A stretch of 64,000 bases of DNA from an uncultured Ignavibacterium sp. (GCA_964592055.1 CAZQCC010000004.1:7162-71161), one strand, 5' to 3'. Positions 18,501 to 28,751 are shown, counted from the first letter of the stretch. A program made the numbers and translations. The notes: generated by a model not told the origin, from the letters alone.

Positions 18501-18605
18501 GTTAAGATTCAATCCAAAATAGGCTATGAGACCAAAAATTAGAAAAACTAAAATTCCTACAGTTGTAAGAACAGGTCTGTTAATTGATACTTTTGCGAGA
18601 AACAT
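15513..18605 (-). CDS. RND efflux transporter permease (AcrB/HAE1 family)
   Basis: 1030 aa with a 12-TM plus two large periplasmic loop layout. The N-terminus MFLAKVSINRPVLTTVGILVFLIFGL is typical of AcrB-like pumps. Confidence 0.9.
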   Translation of the reverse strand: MFLAKVSINRPVLTTVGILVFLIFGLIAYFGLNLNLQPDVEIPYVTVQTVYPGAGPKEIETLITKRIEDAVSTISQIERIESYSLDGASVIIIEFQLAKDVNVANQEVKDKVDQIINELPEDAEKPVVQKIDIRLFPVVDLVLSGNLNPRQLYEIADKTLKDRFSQIDGVANVQITGGQEREVRVVLDNKIVYENNISLPQLSQILKLHNMDIPGGYFQIGNQEYTVRLQGQFQDPNSISELDIPTAYGPKKIRQIADVIDSGKDIRQRATFYNVKENFRNENVVRLGIIKSSDGNVVKVADAIRSSLPEIQNALPEGAKLEIVNDASDFVQSSFDDTMSNIYLGVIFTSLILFLFLHDWRSTLVVALSMPTSIISTFLLLQASGLSLNMMTLMGLSVSVGVLVANSIVVLENIFRYKKMGETIKQAAFKGTSEVGVAVLASTLTNIVVFLPIANMSSMVGLWLRELALAAVFATIFSLIMSFTLTPLLSSIILSKEHKTGKLATWFNKFETRQTEWYKRMLGYVLHSKLRSTLTVIASILIFVFVMIVFGPKLGFEFIPTTDDGKISITVELPSGFNLEETANTVRVIEERVKKHPEVIHILTNLGKLSDLDVGTNMASIDVQLSEANERDQKIMDMISKISKDLTDIPNANVKVDVGSRMGGQEAPIQFFLLGQDLDQLEILKNQAVEKIKDVPGLINFDNSSRAGKPEFTVYPRREKLTEVGITITELALSLRAGIEGIQSAKYRESGDEYDITVTLNDESVNSPEKIANISVATPYGSFRLAQLANVEFTNGFTKILHRDKFTSIMFTGAAAPGYPLGTVTNEIEKRFTELELPSGYSFSWGGNVKMMNDMIKDMMFAFLLAVLLTYMLLAAILESFWQPVMIMITVVLGLIGVILALFVTNTAFSITSLMAIIMLIGIVVNNAILILDYTNQLRREQGYLPKDALLEAAPTKLKPQIMASIAIILGMLPLAIGIGDAGKEMRMPLGIVAIGGLLVSTVLTLFVIPAFYYITSRAKFVDPMSREKV

Positions 18606-18617
18606 CTAAAATCCTTT

Positions 18618-19664
18618 TTATTGAATAACGTTAAGTTTGCTTCCATCTTCTAATTGAGATGCACCTTTAATAATAAGCATGTCTCCTGGATTTAATCCTG
18701 TTTTTATTTCATAGAGAATTCCAGAGTCGTTACCGTTGCCTATGTATCTTTTGGAAGCTTTACCATCTGCATTAACAAAAACATATGAGCCGTTTTCATC
18801 ATTCATTATTAGATTTCTTTGCAAAATGATTGCCTTCGGATTTTCATATGTTAAAATTTTTATTTCGTTTGTCAGTCCGCTTTTAAGAATACCTTTAGAA
18901 TTATCAAATTCAACTTCAACATAAAATGCTTGCCTGGTCGGATCTACAGCAAGAGCAATTTCAACTATCTTACCAACAAATCTTTGTCCGCCAAATTCAG
19001 TAATTGCAGTCATACCTTTCTTAAACTGAACAATTTCTTTTTCCGAAACCCAGATCTTGCTTCGCATTTTAAATAACTGAGCCACTGTAAAAAGAGGAAC
19101 TTCGCTTTTTACACCATCACCGGGATTTACTTTTAAATCAACTATATAACCATCAAATGGAGATTCAATAAACAACATTTTCTTTAGCGACTCATAATTT
19201 CTTTTTGATACAAGGTATTGAGTTTCAGCTCCTTCAAAAGCAGCAAGTGAGGTTTCACCAGCATCATACAAAGCTTTTAATCTAACATAATTCTTTTCTG
19301 CATTTTCAAAAGTTGTTTTAGCCTGATTGTACTGTAATGCCGGGTTATCAGTATCAAACTGAATGATTACTTGTCCTTCTTTTACATAATCTCCAATCTT
19401 AGCGTTAACCTTTGTTATGTTGCCTCCAACCATTGCGCCTTTTGTAGCTTCTTTCACACCGGTTAGTTTAGAAAAGAATGTAAGATATTTTTCAAAAGGC
19501 TGGTATTTAATTTCCTCAACTTTTACAGGGAAACCTTCTTCATTTCTGATATCTTCAGAACTTTTTGTATCTGAATTTTCACTTCCGCAACCGGCTAAAA
19601 GTAAAAGTGCTAAGAATAAAATTGTTGTTCCGATTATTGATTTTTTAAATAATATTTTTTCCAT
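18618..19664 (-). CDS. RND efflux periplasmic adaptor (membrane fusion protein), lipoprotein
   Basis: Lipobox LLLAGC plus biotinyl-lipoyl-like and beta-barrel segments. It is positioned between the TolC and RND genes. Confidence 0.85.
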   Translation of the reverse strand: MEKILFKKSIIGTTILFLALLLLAGCGSENSDTKSSEDIRNEEGFPVKVEEIKYQPFEKYLTFFSKLTGVKEATKGAMVGGNITKVNAKIGDYVKEGQVIIQFDTDNPALQYNQAKTTFENAEKNYVRLKALYDAGETSLAAFEGAETQYLVSKRNYESLKKMLFIESPFDGYIVDLKVNPGDGVKSEVPLFTVAQLFKMRSKIWVSEKEIVQFKKGMTAITEFGGQRFVGKIVEIALAVDPTRQAFYVEVEFDNSKGILKSGLTNEIKILTYENPKAIILQRNLIMNDENGSYVFVNADGKASKRYIGNGNDSGILYEIKTGLNPGDMLIIKGASQLEDGSKLNVIQ

Positions 19665-19698
19665 CTAATAATTTCTCCTGATACTTTGGATTTATTTC

Positions 19699-21138
19699 TT
19701 ATTCAATTTCATTAAAGTTTACAAAATAATCTGAGGATGTTCTCCCAAGTATTTGTTCAAGTTCAAATTTTGTAACTATGTAACTATAGGTAGTTTGAAT
19801 TTCATTTAAACGAGCCTGCTTTAAGGCTAGGTCTGAATTTTGAATTTCGATCTGGCTGCCTGCACCTTCTTTATATCTGATAGTTGCAATTTCGTATGCT
19901 CTTTGGGCAACCTGTACTGTACGTTTTTGAGCATCCAGAACTGATTCAACTCTTTTTAATTCCATCAGCTTGGATTTTACATTAAGTATAGTATAGTCTT
20001 TAAGTTGATTCAATTGTTCTTCTGTCTGCTTGTAAACTATTGTCGATTGCTGTACTGCATTTTTTGTCCGGTTCCCTTGCCATAGGTTTATCGATAAGCT
20101 AAGCCCTACGGTTGCTGAAGAGTATGTATTAAAATCCCAATTGTCGGAAGAACCGGCATATGAATATTGCCCAAAAGCTGCAAGAGTAGGCCAGTACTCA
20201 GAAACATCAAGATCTACAAATGCTTCATCAACTTGTTTCTTAAGATCAAGTGTTTTAATCTCAAAATTTTGCGTCAAAGCTTCATTGATTAAATCACTTT
20301 CTTCTGAAAAATAAAATGGTTCATAGCTAAAATCACCTTGTACTTCAATGCTTTCAGATTGCTCAATACCTAACAACATTTTTAATCCATCTTTAGCAGT
20401 CTTCAAATTGTTTTCCATTTGCAATAGAACTGGTCTGATATTCTCAACCTGAACCTCAGCTTGAAGCATATCAAATTCGGAAACCAATCCTTGTTTATAA
20501 AGAGCTTTTACATCATCAAGATTATCCAATGCATTCTCAAAGCTTTGTTTAGTTATTTCAAAAACTTCACTTGATAACAATACTCCATAAAATGTTTTTT
20601 GTACCGATAAAACTGTTTTGGAAACTGTACTATTAAGATCAGCCTTAGCAAGATCGTAATAAATTTGTGAGGCGCCAATTCCTCTGAATACTGTAGAACT
20701 GAATAGTGTTTGAGTTAAAGTTACATCAGTAGAAAAGTTGTTAGACTGAGCAAAAGACTGCAATACATTATTCATTGGTCTGAATTTATTGTCATCTCTC
20801 GGGATAACATTTTCATCAAAAAGAATTGAATAAGAGGCGTTTGTGAGTAATGCTTCAAAATCAGGAAACAACATCTTTGGCTTTTTCAGAAAATGAGAAA
20901 AACTGCCGGACAAATCTAGACTTGGTAAAGCATACCCAAATGCTTCATCAACGGCAGCCCCTGCTTTCTGGACATTTAGAACTGCAATTGAAATATCTCG
21001 ATTTTTCTTTAAAGCTATATTTACAGCTTCATCAATAGTCAAAATTCTTTCCTGTGCAGATGAATTTATATTGAATAAAAAAGTAAGAATAAAAATGGTT
21101 AGAGAAAGTTTTATCAGTGGTGTTTTTTTATTTTCCAT
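19699..21138 (-). CDS. TolC-family outer-membrane efflux protein
   Basis: Signal peptide and two repeated coiled-coil/beta OEP halves. First gene of the TolC-MFP-RND operon. Confidence 0.8.
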   Translation of the reverse strand: MENKKTPLIKLSLTIFILTFLFNINSSAQERILTIDEAVNIALKKNRDISIAVLNVQKAGAAVDEAFGYALPSLDLSGSFSHFLKKPKMLFPDFEALLTNASYSILFDENVIPRDDNKFRPMNNVLQSFAQSNNFSTDVTLTQTLFSSTVFRGIGASQIYYDLAKADLNSTVSKTVLSVQKTFYGVLLSSEVFEITKQSFENALDNLDDVKALYKQGLVSEFDMLQAEVQVENIRPVLLQMENNLKTAKDGLKMLLGIEQSESIEVQGDFSYEPFYFSEESDLINEALTQNFEIKTLDLKKQVDEAFVDLDVSEYWPTLAAFGQYSYAGSSDNWDFNTYSSATVGLSLSINLWQGNRTKNAVQQSTIVYKQTEEQLNQLKDYTILNVKSKLMELKRVESVLDAQKRTVQVAQRAYEIATIRYKEGAGSQIEIQNSDLALKQARLNEIQTTYSYIVTKFELEQILGRTSSDYFVNFNEIE

Positions 21139-21422
21139 TTAGATCTCTGAATAATGAACTGATTGAAATTATGATCTTCACTGTTCCCAATATTCAAGTC
21201 CGATTTGATTTTAAGAATATTGAAAAATTTGATTTTCAAATCTAATTAAGTATCACTAAAAATTTTTTTTCAATCTCACATTAATCATCCTATGTGATCA
21301 AAATCAATCTTTTACGATTAGCAAACATCGATAGATTTTAAAAGTGAAATGGTGAACCGGATAACAATTACGGATTTATAATTAAATTATTAGTACATCT
21401 GTAAAAGCAGTATCATTTTAAG

Positions 21423-21430
21423 TAAGTTTG
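21423..21430 (+). promoter_or_regulatory. Bacteroidetes-type -7 promoter box (TAnnTTTG)
   Basis: TAAGTTTG lies 22 nt upstream of the ATG at 21453. Confidence 0.4.
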
Positions 21431-21452
21431 TATAAAACAAATTGAAAAAATT

Positions 21453-22892
21453 ATGGATCAGTATACTATCGAAAAATTAAAGGCCATTGTTGGTACTCAG
21501 AACTTCTTCGATTCCAAAGAAGATAAACTAGTTTACTCTTATGATGGTACGCCTGTTTACAGGCATATGCCGGAAGCAGTGCTTTTCCCTGAAGATGCTG
21601 AACAGATATCTAAAATATTAAAGCTTGCAAACCAGGAAAAATTCAATGTTGTTCCTCGTGGTGCCGGTACAGGTTTAAGCGGTGGTTCAATTCCGGTTGA
21701 TAATTCAATTGTTGTTGTTATGACAAAATGGAACAGGATTATTGAAATTGATACCAGCAATTTAACTGCCTGGGTTGAACCCGGAGTGGTTACGGGAACT
21801 TTCCAAAAACAAGTTGAAAAAATTGGTTTATTCTATCCACCTGATCCAGGAAGTTTAAATGTTTGCACAATTGGTGGAAATGTTGCAAGTAATGCAGGTG
21901 GATTGAGGGGATTGAAATATGGTGTTACTAAAAATTATGTAGTTGGTGTAGAAATGGTTCTTCCCAATGGTGAACTGCTAAAAACCGGTGGTAAAAATAT
22001 GAAGGACGCGGCCGGGTATAATCTTAAAGATTTTATTATTGGCAGCGAAGGTACCTTGGGAATAATAACCAAAGTACTGTTGAAACTAATTCCCAAACCA
22101 ACCAAATCAATTACGCTGCTGATATTTTTTAACAAACTTGTTGATGCCGGAAAAACTGTTTCAGATATAATCGCTTCGCACATCGTTCCATCAATGATGG
22201 AATTTCTGGATAACACTACAATAAACTGCGTTGAAGATTATACTCATATTGGTCTGCCAAGAAATAGTGAGGCCGTTCTGCTAATTGAAGTCGATGGTCG
22301 TGGTTCCGAAGTACAGGAAGATGCCGAACTGATAAGAAAAATAGCTGTTAAAAATAATGCATCAGCTCTTAAAGGTGCGGCTGATGAAGCAGAGGCAAAT
22401 ACACTTAAAACTGCTAGAAGAAGTGCTTTCAGTGCTCTTGCTAGAAAAATGCCAACGACCATATTAGAAGATGCAACAGTACCAAGAAGTGAGTTACCTG
22501 TGATGATCGAAAAAGTTACTAAAGCTGCAAAAATGTTTGATGTTATGATCGGGAATTTTGGGCATGCAGGCGATGGAAATTTACATCCAACTTGTCTTAC
22601 AGATGAGCGGGATAGCAAAGCTCTTGAAAAAGCACACAAGGCTTTTGATTACATTTTTAATGAAGCTATAAAATTGGGCGGTACAATTACAGGTGAGCAC
22701 GGAACAGGTTTGGCAAAAAAACATTTTCTTGAGCAAGTTGCAGGACCAGCCGGTGTTGATATGATGAAGAAAATAAAATGTGCGATTGATCCAAACAATA
22801 TTCTTAATCCCGAAAAGATATTTACTATCTCACCTAAATGTGAAGGTATTTTGCCTCTTAAGCGCGAACAAATAAATGAATTTCATGCATAA
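21453..22892 (+). CDS. FAD-linked oxidase, GlcD-like (glycolate / D-lactate dehydrogenase subunit)
   Basis: FAD-binding PCMH motif VVPRGAGTGLSGGS and C-terminal GEHGTGLAKK. Confidence 0.8.
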   Translation: MDQYTIEKLKAIVGTQNFFDSKEDKLVYSYDGTPVYRHMPEAVLFPEDAEQISKILKLANQEKFNVVPRGAGTGLSGGSIPVDNSIVVVMTKWNRIIEIDTSNLTAWVEPGVVTGTFQKQVEKIGLFYPPDPGSLNVCTIGGNVASNAGGLRGLKYGVTKNYVVGVEMVLPNGELLKTGGKNMKDAAGYNLKDFIIGSEGTLGIITKVLLKLIPKPTKSITLLIFFNKLVDAGKTVSDIIASHIVPSMMEFLDNTTINCVEDYTHIGLPRNSEAVLLIEVDGRGSEVQEDAELIRKIAVKNNASALKGAADEAEANTLKTARRSAFSALARKMPTTILEDATVPRSELPVMIEKVTKAAKMFDVMIGNFGHAGDGNLHPTCLTDERDSKALEKAHKAFDYIFNEAIKLGGTITGEHGTGLAKKHFLEQVAGPAGVDMMKKIKCAIDPNNILNPEKIFTISPKCEGILPLKREQINEFHA

Positions 22893-24195
22893 AGAAAACG
22901 TGCATTCAGAGTTATTAAAAATTTTACCTCACGATGATATACTTCAACAATGTATTCATTGTGGAATGTGTTTGGCAACCTGTCCAACTTATGATCTGAC
23001 CAAAATGGAGCGTTCATCGCCTCGCGGAAGAATTGCCATGATTAAATCAGTTGCACGCGGTGAGCTGGAAGTTAGCGAAGCTTTTGCAGACGAAATGAAT
23101 TTTTGCCTTGATTGCCAAGCTTGCGAAACTGCTTGCCCGGCTGGTGTGAAGTATGGAAGAATGGTTGAAACAGCTCGTGTAGTAGTTGATGAAGCAGGTT
23201 TTGGAATTTCCAAATTAAGTTTGATTATTAAACGGTTTGCATTACGAAGACTTGTTGCCTCCAGAAATGGATTAAAAATCGTTTCAAGGTTTTTATGGAT
23301 CTATCAAAAAATTGGTTTGCAAAAATTTGTCCGATCAACGGGAATTCTTAAAATCTTTTCAAAAAATCTTGCAGAGATAGAAACATTATCCCCAACAATA
23401 GCAGATGAGTTTTCAGATAAACAAATAAAAGAAATTGAAATGCCGGATGGGGAAATAAAATACAAAACCGCCTTTCATTTCGGATGCTTGATGAATACAA
23501 TGTTTGCAGAAATTAATATTGATACCATTGAAGTTCTGAAAAAATGCGGATGTAAGATAATCACTCCTAAAGATCAGGTTTGCTGCGGATCATTATCCGG
23601 GCATAATGGTGATATGGAATTTGCACTTAAACAGGCAAGAAAAAATATCGATGCGTTTGATAAACACGATTATGATTTCTTAATTTCAAACTCAGCTGGC
23701 TGTGGAGCTTTTATGAAGGATTATGCGCACTTGCTGGAAAATGATCCTGAATATGCTGATAAGGCAAAGAAGTTTTCATCAAAGATTAAAGATATTACTG
23801 AGTTTTTTGCTGAACAGAAACCTGTTCTAAACTTCAATTCGGAATCAATGCCTGATACTGTAACTTATCACGACGCCTGTCATTTAGTCCATGCACAAAA
23901 AGTCTCAAATCAACCAAGAGAAGTTATTAAGTCTTTACCCGGGGTTAAGTACACGGAACTGGAAGAAGCCAGCTGGTGCTGCGGAAGTGCAGGTATCTAT
24001 AATGTTATTCGATATGACGATGCAGTTAAACAACTGGAAAGAAAAATGCAAAACATTATTAATTCAAAAGCTAAAATTGTTTTAACCGGAAATCCGGGAT
24101 GCATGGGGCAAATAAAACATGGAACAAAAAAATTTAATGTTGATGTTGAAGTGCTTCATCCTATCACTTTTATAAAACGCCGTTTGTCGAAATAA
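22876..24195 (+). CDS. Fe-S oxidoreductase, GlcF-like (two 4Fe-4S motifs plus two CCG domains)
   Basis: CIHCGMCLATCP and CLDCQACETACP clusters, with CCG-type motifs (VCCGS, WCCGSAG). It overlaps the upstream gene by 17 nt. Confidence 0.75.
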   Translation: MNFMHKENVHSELLKILPHDDILQQCIHCGMCLATCPTYDLTKMERSSPRGRIAMIKSVARGELEVSEAFADEMNFCLDCQACETACPAGVKYGRMVETARVVVDEAGFGISKLSLIIKRFALRRLVASRNGLKIVSRFLWIYQKIGLQKFVRSTGILKIFSKNLAEIETLSPTIADEFSDKQIKEIEMPDGEIKYKTAFHFGCLMNTMFAEINIDTIEVLKKCGCKIITPKDQVCCGSLSGHNGDMEFALKQARKNIDAFDKHDYDFLISNSAGCGAFMKDYAHLLENDPEYADKAKKFSSKIKDITEFFAEQKPVLNFNSESMPDTVTYHDACHLVHAQKVSNQPREVIKSLPGVKYTELEEASWCCGSAGIYNVIRYDDAVKQLERKMQNIINSKAKIVLTGNPGCMGQIKHGTKKFNVDVEVLHPITFIKRRLSK

Positions 24196-24217
24196 ATAGT
24201 CAGAAAAAATCTTTAAA

Positions 24218-25423
24218 ATGAATTCACTCAGAAATTTGAAGGTGATCGAACTTGCTAACGTGCTTGCCGGACCCTCAGTAGGACAATTTTTTGCTGAGCT
24301 AGGTGCTGATGTAATTAAAATTGAAAATTTACTTACTAAAGGTGATGTTACCCGAAGCTGGAAAGCATCGCAAGAAAAAAATACTGGAGATATATCAGCC
24401 TATTTCTCTTCTGTTAACTGGGGAAAAAAGTCCGTTGCATTAAACTTACAGAAAAATAAAGCGGTAGAAATTGTTCACACGCTCGTAAGAAAAGCTGATA
24501 TTGTTATTTGCAGCTATAAACCTGGCGACGCCAAAAAATACTTTCTAGATTATAAAACTCTGAGTGATATTAACGATAAAATCATCTATGGGGATGTTAC
24601 CGGTTATGGAAGCAATGTTTTAAGATCAGGCTATGATGCAATTATTCAAGCTGAAAGCGGATTTACTTTTTTGAATGGACAGCCATATGGAGAGCCAATA
24701 AAGATGCCGGTAGCATTAATGGATATTTTGGCAGCACATCAGCTTAAAGAGGGGATACTATTAGCATTAATAGAACGGATCAATACAGGAAAGGGTTGTA
24801 AAGTAGATGTATCGCTAATTCAAGCTGGGATTGCATCACTCGCAAATCAGAGTGCAAATTTCCTGGTAGGAGGATTCATTCCGCAAAGGATGGGTTCTGA
24901 TCATCCTAATATTGTGCCTTATGGTACTGTATTTAAAACGCGTGATGAAAAAATGATTGTGTTAGCTGTTGGGACTGATAAACAATTTAAAAAATTATGT
25001 GAGGTTTTAGAGATATCGGATATTAGTAATCATCCAAAATATTCAACTAACGATAATAGAGTCATAAATAAAACCGAGTTGATAGAGTTACTTAAAGCAA
25101 AAATTTCAAATTATAAGAAAGAAACAATTTTAGAGAAATTATATAGTGTTCATGTACCCGCAGGAGATGTAAAGAATATGCAGGAAGTTTTTTTGGAAGC
25201 GCCTGCGAAGGAAATCATAATAAACTCAGGTAATATAACTGGTGTCAGGAATAAAGTATTTAAAATGAATGATAAGTTTTCTGAAATCAGTTTAAGTGCT
25301 CCGCCGCATTATGCACAACATACTAAAGAAGTGCTAATTGAAGCATTAGGGATGGATGAAGATTCGATTTTTAGTTTGGAAAAAGAAGGAGTTCTAGAGA
25401 CTTTAAAGTATAAAGAATCCTAA
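24218..25423 (+). CDS. Family III CoA-transferase (CaiB/BaiF)
   Basis: The N-terminus LKVIELANVLAGPSVGQFFAELGADVIKIE is characteristic of the family. Length is 401 aa. Confidence 0.75.
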   Translation: MNSLRNLKVIELANVLAGPSVGQFFAELGADVIKIENLLTKGDVTRSWKASQEKNTGDISAYFSSVNWGKKSVALNLQKNKAVEIVHTLVRKADIVICSYKPGDAKKYFLDYKTLSDINDKIIYGDVTGYGSNVLRSGYDAIIQAESGFTFLNGQPYGEPIKMPVALMDILAAHQLKEGILLALIERINTGKGCKVDVSLIQAGIASLANQSANFLVGGFIPQRMGSDHPNIVPYGTVFKTRDEKMIVLAVGTDKQFKKLCEVLEISDISNHPKYSTNDNRVINKTELIELLKAKISNYKKETILEKLYSVHVPAGDVKNMQEVFLEAPAKEIIINSGNITGVRNKVFKMNDKFSEISLSAPPHYAQHTKEVLIEALGMDEDSIFSLEKEGVLETLKYKES

Positions 25424-25430
25424 CTGCACT

Positions 25431-26690
25431 TTATAGTTTCTCATCCCAAATTAAATGATCAAAAGTTTCTCTGCTCCTTATTATATCAAATCGATCTCTA
25501 TCAACAAGAATTTCAGGAGGTCTTCTCCTGGCATTATAATTTGAGCTCATCACCATTCCATAAGCACCGGCAGACATAACAGAAATCAGCTCACCGGATT
25601 TTATTTCATTTATCTCGCGGTCACGTGCAAAATAATCTCCGGACTCACAAACAGGTCCAACAATGTCGGCTATAAGATTTTTTCTATCTACTGCTTTGTT
25701 AACAGGTTGGATGTGATGATATGCCTGATAAATTGAAGGACGCAGCAGATCATTCATTGCTGCATCAACAACTATAAAGTTTTTGTCTCCATTTTTTTTG
25801 TTGTAAAGCACTTCGGATATAAGAACTCCGCCATTCGCGGTAAGATATCTTCCGGGTTCAAAGATTACATCGCAATTAAGTTTGTTAAAAAGTGGAATTG
25901 TTTTTTCTGCAAATTCAAAAATGCTAAAAGATTTTTCATGATTGTAACTTACACCTATTCCTCCGCCCACATCAAAATGTTCCAGTCTTAATCCATCTTT
26001 TTCAATCTCAAAGTATAGATAGGAAAGCTTTTTGACTGCTTCAACAAATGGTTCAATTGAGGTGATTTGTGACCCAATGTGCATATCGATTCCTGTAAAT
26101 CTGATATGCTTAAAATGATCTCTGTTTTTGTAGATGGACAAAGCCGTATTGCTATCAATTCCAAATTTATTGCTCGATAATCCGGTTGAAATATAAGGAT
26201 GTGTTTTAGCATCAACATCAGGATTAACCCGAATTGCAACAGGTGCAACTTTATTCATTCCAGCAGCAATTTTGTTTATCAGTTCTATTTCCTCAACAGA
26301 TTCAGCTTTGATCATCAAGACATTACGATGTAAGCCAAGCTTAATCTCATTTTTAGTTTTGCCAACGCTGGTAAGAATAATTTTTTTTGGATCAATACCG
26401 GTTTTTAATGCACGGTAAAGCTCACCCTCCGAATTTGCATCTAAACCGCTGCCAAGCTTTACAAAAGTATTAATAACACTTAAGTTAAAATTAGCTTTCA
26501 TTGCGTAGAATATTTTATACTTGGGTGAATTGAAAGCTTGTGCAAATTCTTTGTATTGATTGAAGAAATGATTTTTGCTGTAAATGTAGAGGGGCGTACC
26601 ATACTCTTTTGCTAATTCATTTACATTTATTCCTTCAACGTAAAGTTGATTGTTTTTGTAATTGATATTTTCGTTTTCAAAGTACTGCAT
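25431..26690 (-). CDS. lysA: Diaminopimelate decarboxylase
   Basis: PLP-lysine region YAMKANFNL, GGGIGV, the CESGD motif and a length of 419 aa. Confidence 0.85.
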   Translation of the reverse strand: MQYFENENINYKNNQLYVEGINVNELAKEYGTPLYIYSKNHFFNQYKEFAQAFNSPKYKIFYAMKANFNLSVINTFVKLGSGLDANSEGELYRALKTGIDPKKIILTSVGKTKNEIKLGLHRNVLMIKAESVEEIELINKIAAGMNKVAPVAIRVNPDVDAKTHPYISTGLSSNKFGIDSNTALSIYKNRDHFKHIRFTGIDMHIGSQITSIEPFVEAVKKLSYLYFEIEKDGLRLEHFDVGGGIGVSYNHEKSFSIFEFAEKTIPLFNKLNCDVIFEPGRYLTANGGVLISEVLYNKKNGDKNFIVVDAAMNDLLRPSIYQAYHHIQPVNKAVDRKNLIADIVGPVCESGDYFARDREINEIKSGELISVMSAGAYGMVMSSNYNARRRPPEILVDRDRFDIIRSRETFDHLIWDEKL

Positions 26691-26716
26691 ATTATGGCTA
26701 TTCGTGATGATTAATA

Positions 26717-28537
26717 CTATTTATACAAGTGATACATTTTAGAGAGCGTTCTGAAATTCTCAATGTCTTTGTTCAAATAAGGGAGTATATCATCCACCTT
26801 TAAATTCTTCATAAATATTTCCCTTATTTTACTTGTGCCTAGAACCTTATCAAACATATCGAATCTTCCTTCATTCTCCGCAATAATGTTTCTTCCGTAT
26901 AATTCATTAACTGCTTGAGCAAAATAAAACTGGATCGGCATAAGATTAATTTTAGTATAATCTGTAACATAAATTTCAACACCATGCAGCATCTTGTCTT
27001 TTCCGAATCCATAATATGGTTTATAGGTAATTGGTCTGAATATAACTCCCTCCAAATTAAATGAATTCATTTTTGCTGCAAGTTCTTCTGATTTTATCCA
27101 TTCCGTTGCAAAAGTTTGAAAGGGCAGTGTGTAACCAACACCGATTGAAAGCACACCACGCAGTTCTCCAAGTATTCCGGAAACAGTATAATAAAATGGA
27201 GAATATTTATGGGGTATGTGTGGTGAAGTTAAAACCCACGGTAATCCGGTTTGCTCAAAATACATATCACGAGTCCAGCCTTCCATTTCTACCACTTTTA
27301 ATTTACATTTTAATTTGTTTTCAAGCAGGCCTTCTTCATTTAATAAATTCGCAAGTTCACCAACCGTTAACCCGTGAACGTAAGGAATTGCGAACTGGCT
27401 GACAAAAGAGTAATAACCATCTTCAACAATATTGCCTTCAATTCTGTTGCCGCCAAGAGGATTAGGGCGATCAAGTACAATAACTTCTTTATTATTTTCT
27501 GCAGCAGCTTCCATTACCAGACCCATCGTGCTAATGTACGTATAGGATCTGCTGCCGATATCCTGAATATCAAACACAAGAACATCAACATCCTTTAACA
27601 TTTCAGAATTTGGTTTACGTGTTTTACCGTATAAAGAATAAACGGGAAGCTTTGTTGCCTCATCAATATAAAAATCTACATATTCACCGGCAGAATAATT
27701 ACCGCGTACACCATGCTCAGGTCCGTACAAGGCTGTTAGATTAACTTCCTTAGCTTCAAACAAAATATCAATTGTTGATTTTAGATTTCTATCGACACCA
27801 GTTGGATTTGTTACTAGGCCAACACGTTTGCCTTTAAGTATCTCAAAATTTCTGTCTCTTAGAACTTCAATTCCAGTTTTAACGATTGCGCTGTTTAAAA
27901 TCGCTTTCGGATGTAATTCTGACTCAACCATATCTATAAAAGATCCATCTTCAAAATATTTGTAGAGATCCTTACCAGGGCATAAGGTTTCTGTGTAATC
28001 TTTATGAGTTTTAACGTCTTTCAAATCAACATTGTAGTGTTGAATAAGGAAAGCAGTTAGTTTAGCCAAAGATTTAAGCTGCTCGGTATTAATTCTTTGT
28101 ACTTCATAATTGCCAACTACACAGATCAGCGCATGGCCATTTACATCATAATCGGTATTCGTATCACCGGGAAAATTTATCGGGCGTGCTTCATAGATAT
28201 TGCCTTTAAGATCAATCATAAAGTGATAGGGAATATCAATCCATTTTTTTTCAGATCTGCTCCAGCTTTGAAGATTTCTTAAGTACTGAACCATATCTTT
28301 ATTTTCAGCAAATTCTTCTCCACCATGATGGATGGTAATTTTCGTGACTGGATTATTATGCAGATAGAAGAATTTTTCTTTCGGCTGCTGCCAGCCCCAT
28401 TCTGATCTTTTAATTATTTTTACATCTGCAGGATAATCCAATTCAGACATTCCCACTAATGCAATTTCGGGGGCACCACAGCAACCAAATAAAAATAATC
28501 CAAGTAAAATGATGGATAATTTTAGATATGCTTTCAT
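26717..28537 (-). CDS. Lipoprotein fusing an N-acetylmuramoyl-L-alanine amidase (amidase_2/PGRP) domain to a DUF1343 / NamZ-like exo-beta-N-acetylmuramidase domain
   Basis: ATG at 28537 gives MKAYLKLSIILLGLFLFGC (lipobox). Amidase_2 motifs are ITIHHGG, IPYHFMID and HKDYTETLCPG. The C-terminal approximately 390 aa has a DUF1343-like layout (RVGLVTNPTG...). Confidence 0.7.
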   Translation of the reverse strand: MKAYLKLSIILLGLFLFGCCGAPEIALVGMSELDYPADVKIIKRSEWGWQQPKEKFFYLHNNPVTKITIHHGGEEFAENKDMVQYLRNLQSWSRSEKKWIDIPYHFMIDLKGNIYEARPINFPGDTNTDYDVNGHALICVVGNYEVQRINTEQLKSLAKLTAFLIQHYNVDLKDVKTHKDYTETLCPGKDLYKYFEDGSFIDMVESELHPKAILNSAIVKTGIEVLRDRNFEILKGKRVGLVTNPTGVDRNLKSTIDILFEAKEVNLTALYGPEHGVRGNYSAGEYVDFYIDEATKLPVYSLYGKTRKPNSEMLKDVDVLVFDIQDIGSRSYTYISTMGLVMEAAAENNKEVIVLDRPNPLGGNRIEGNIVEDGYYSFVSQFAIPYVHGLTVGELANLLNEEGLLENKLKCKLKVVEMEGWTRDMYFEQTGLPWVLTSPHIPHKYSPFYYTVSGILGELRGVLSIGVGYTLPFQTFATEWIKSEELAAKMNSFNLEGVIFRPITYKPYYGFGKDKMLHGVEIYVTDYTKINLMPIQFYFAQAVNELYGRNIIAENEGRFDMFDKVLGTSKIREIFMKNLKVDDILPYLNKDIENFRTLSKMYHLYK

Positions 28538-28751
28538 AAACTTTCCGCTTTCGTTGACTAAAGAGATTTTAATCAATTAAAAATTAATAAAAACTATAAA
28601 TCAATAATCTAAATTAGCACTAAAGAATTGCAGGTTCAATAAAATAAAACTTTAACCGAAAAGTATTTTTCAATATTTTGTATTTAGGTTAAGATAATTT
28701 TTAAGAATCTTAAAAACATATTAATCATCACTCAAATATAACGGCAGATCT

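Noticed and set aside
21139-21452. 314-bp divergent intergenic region searched for a small gene, riboswitch or repeat.
   Set aside because: Only AT-rich sequence and one -7 promoter box were found. There is no stable hairpin, ORF or repeat.
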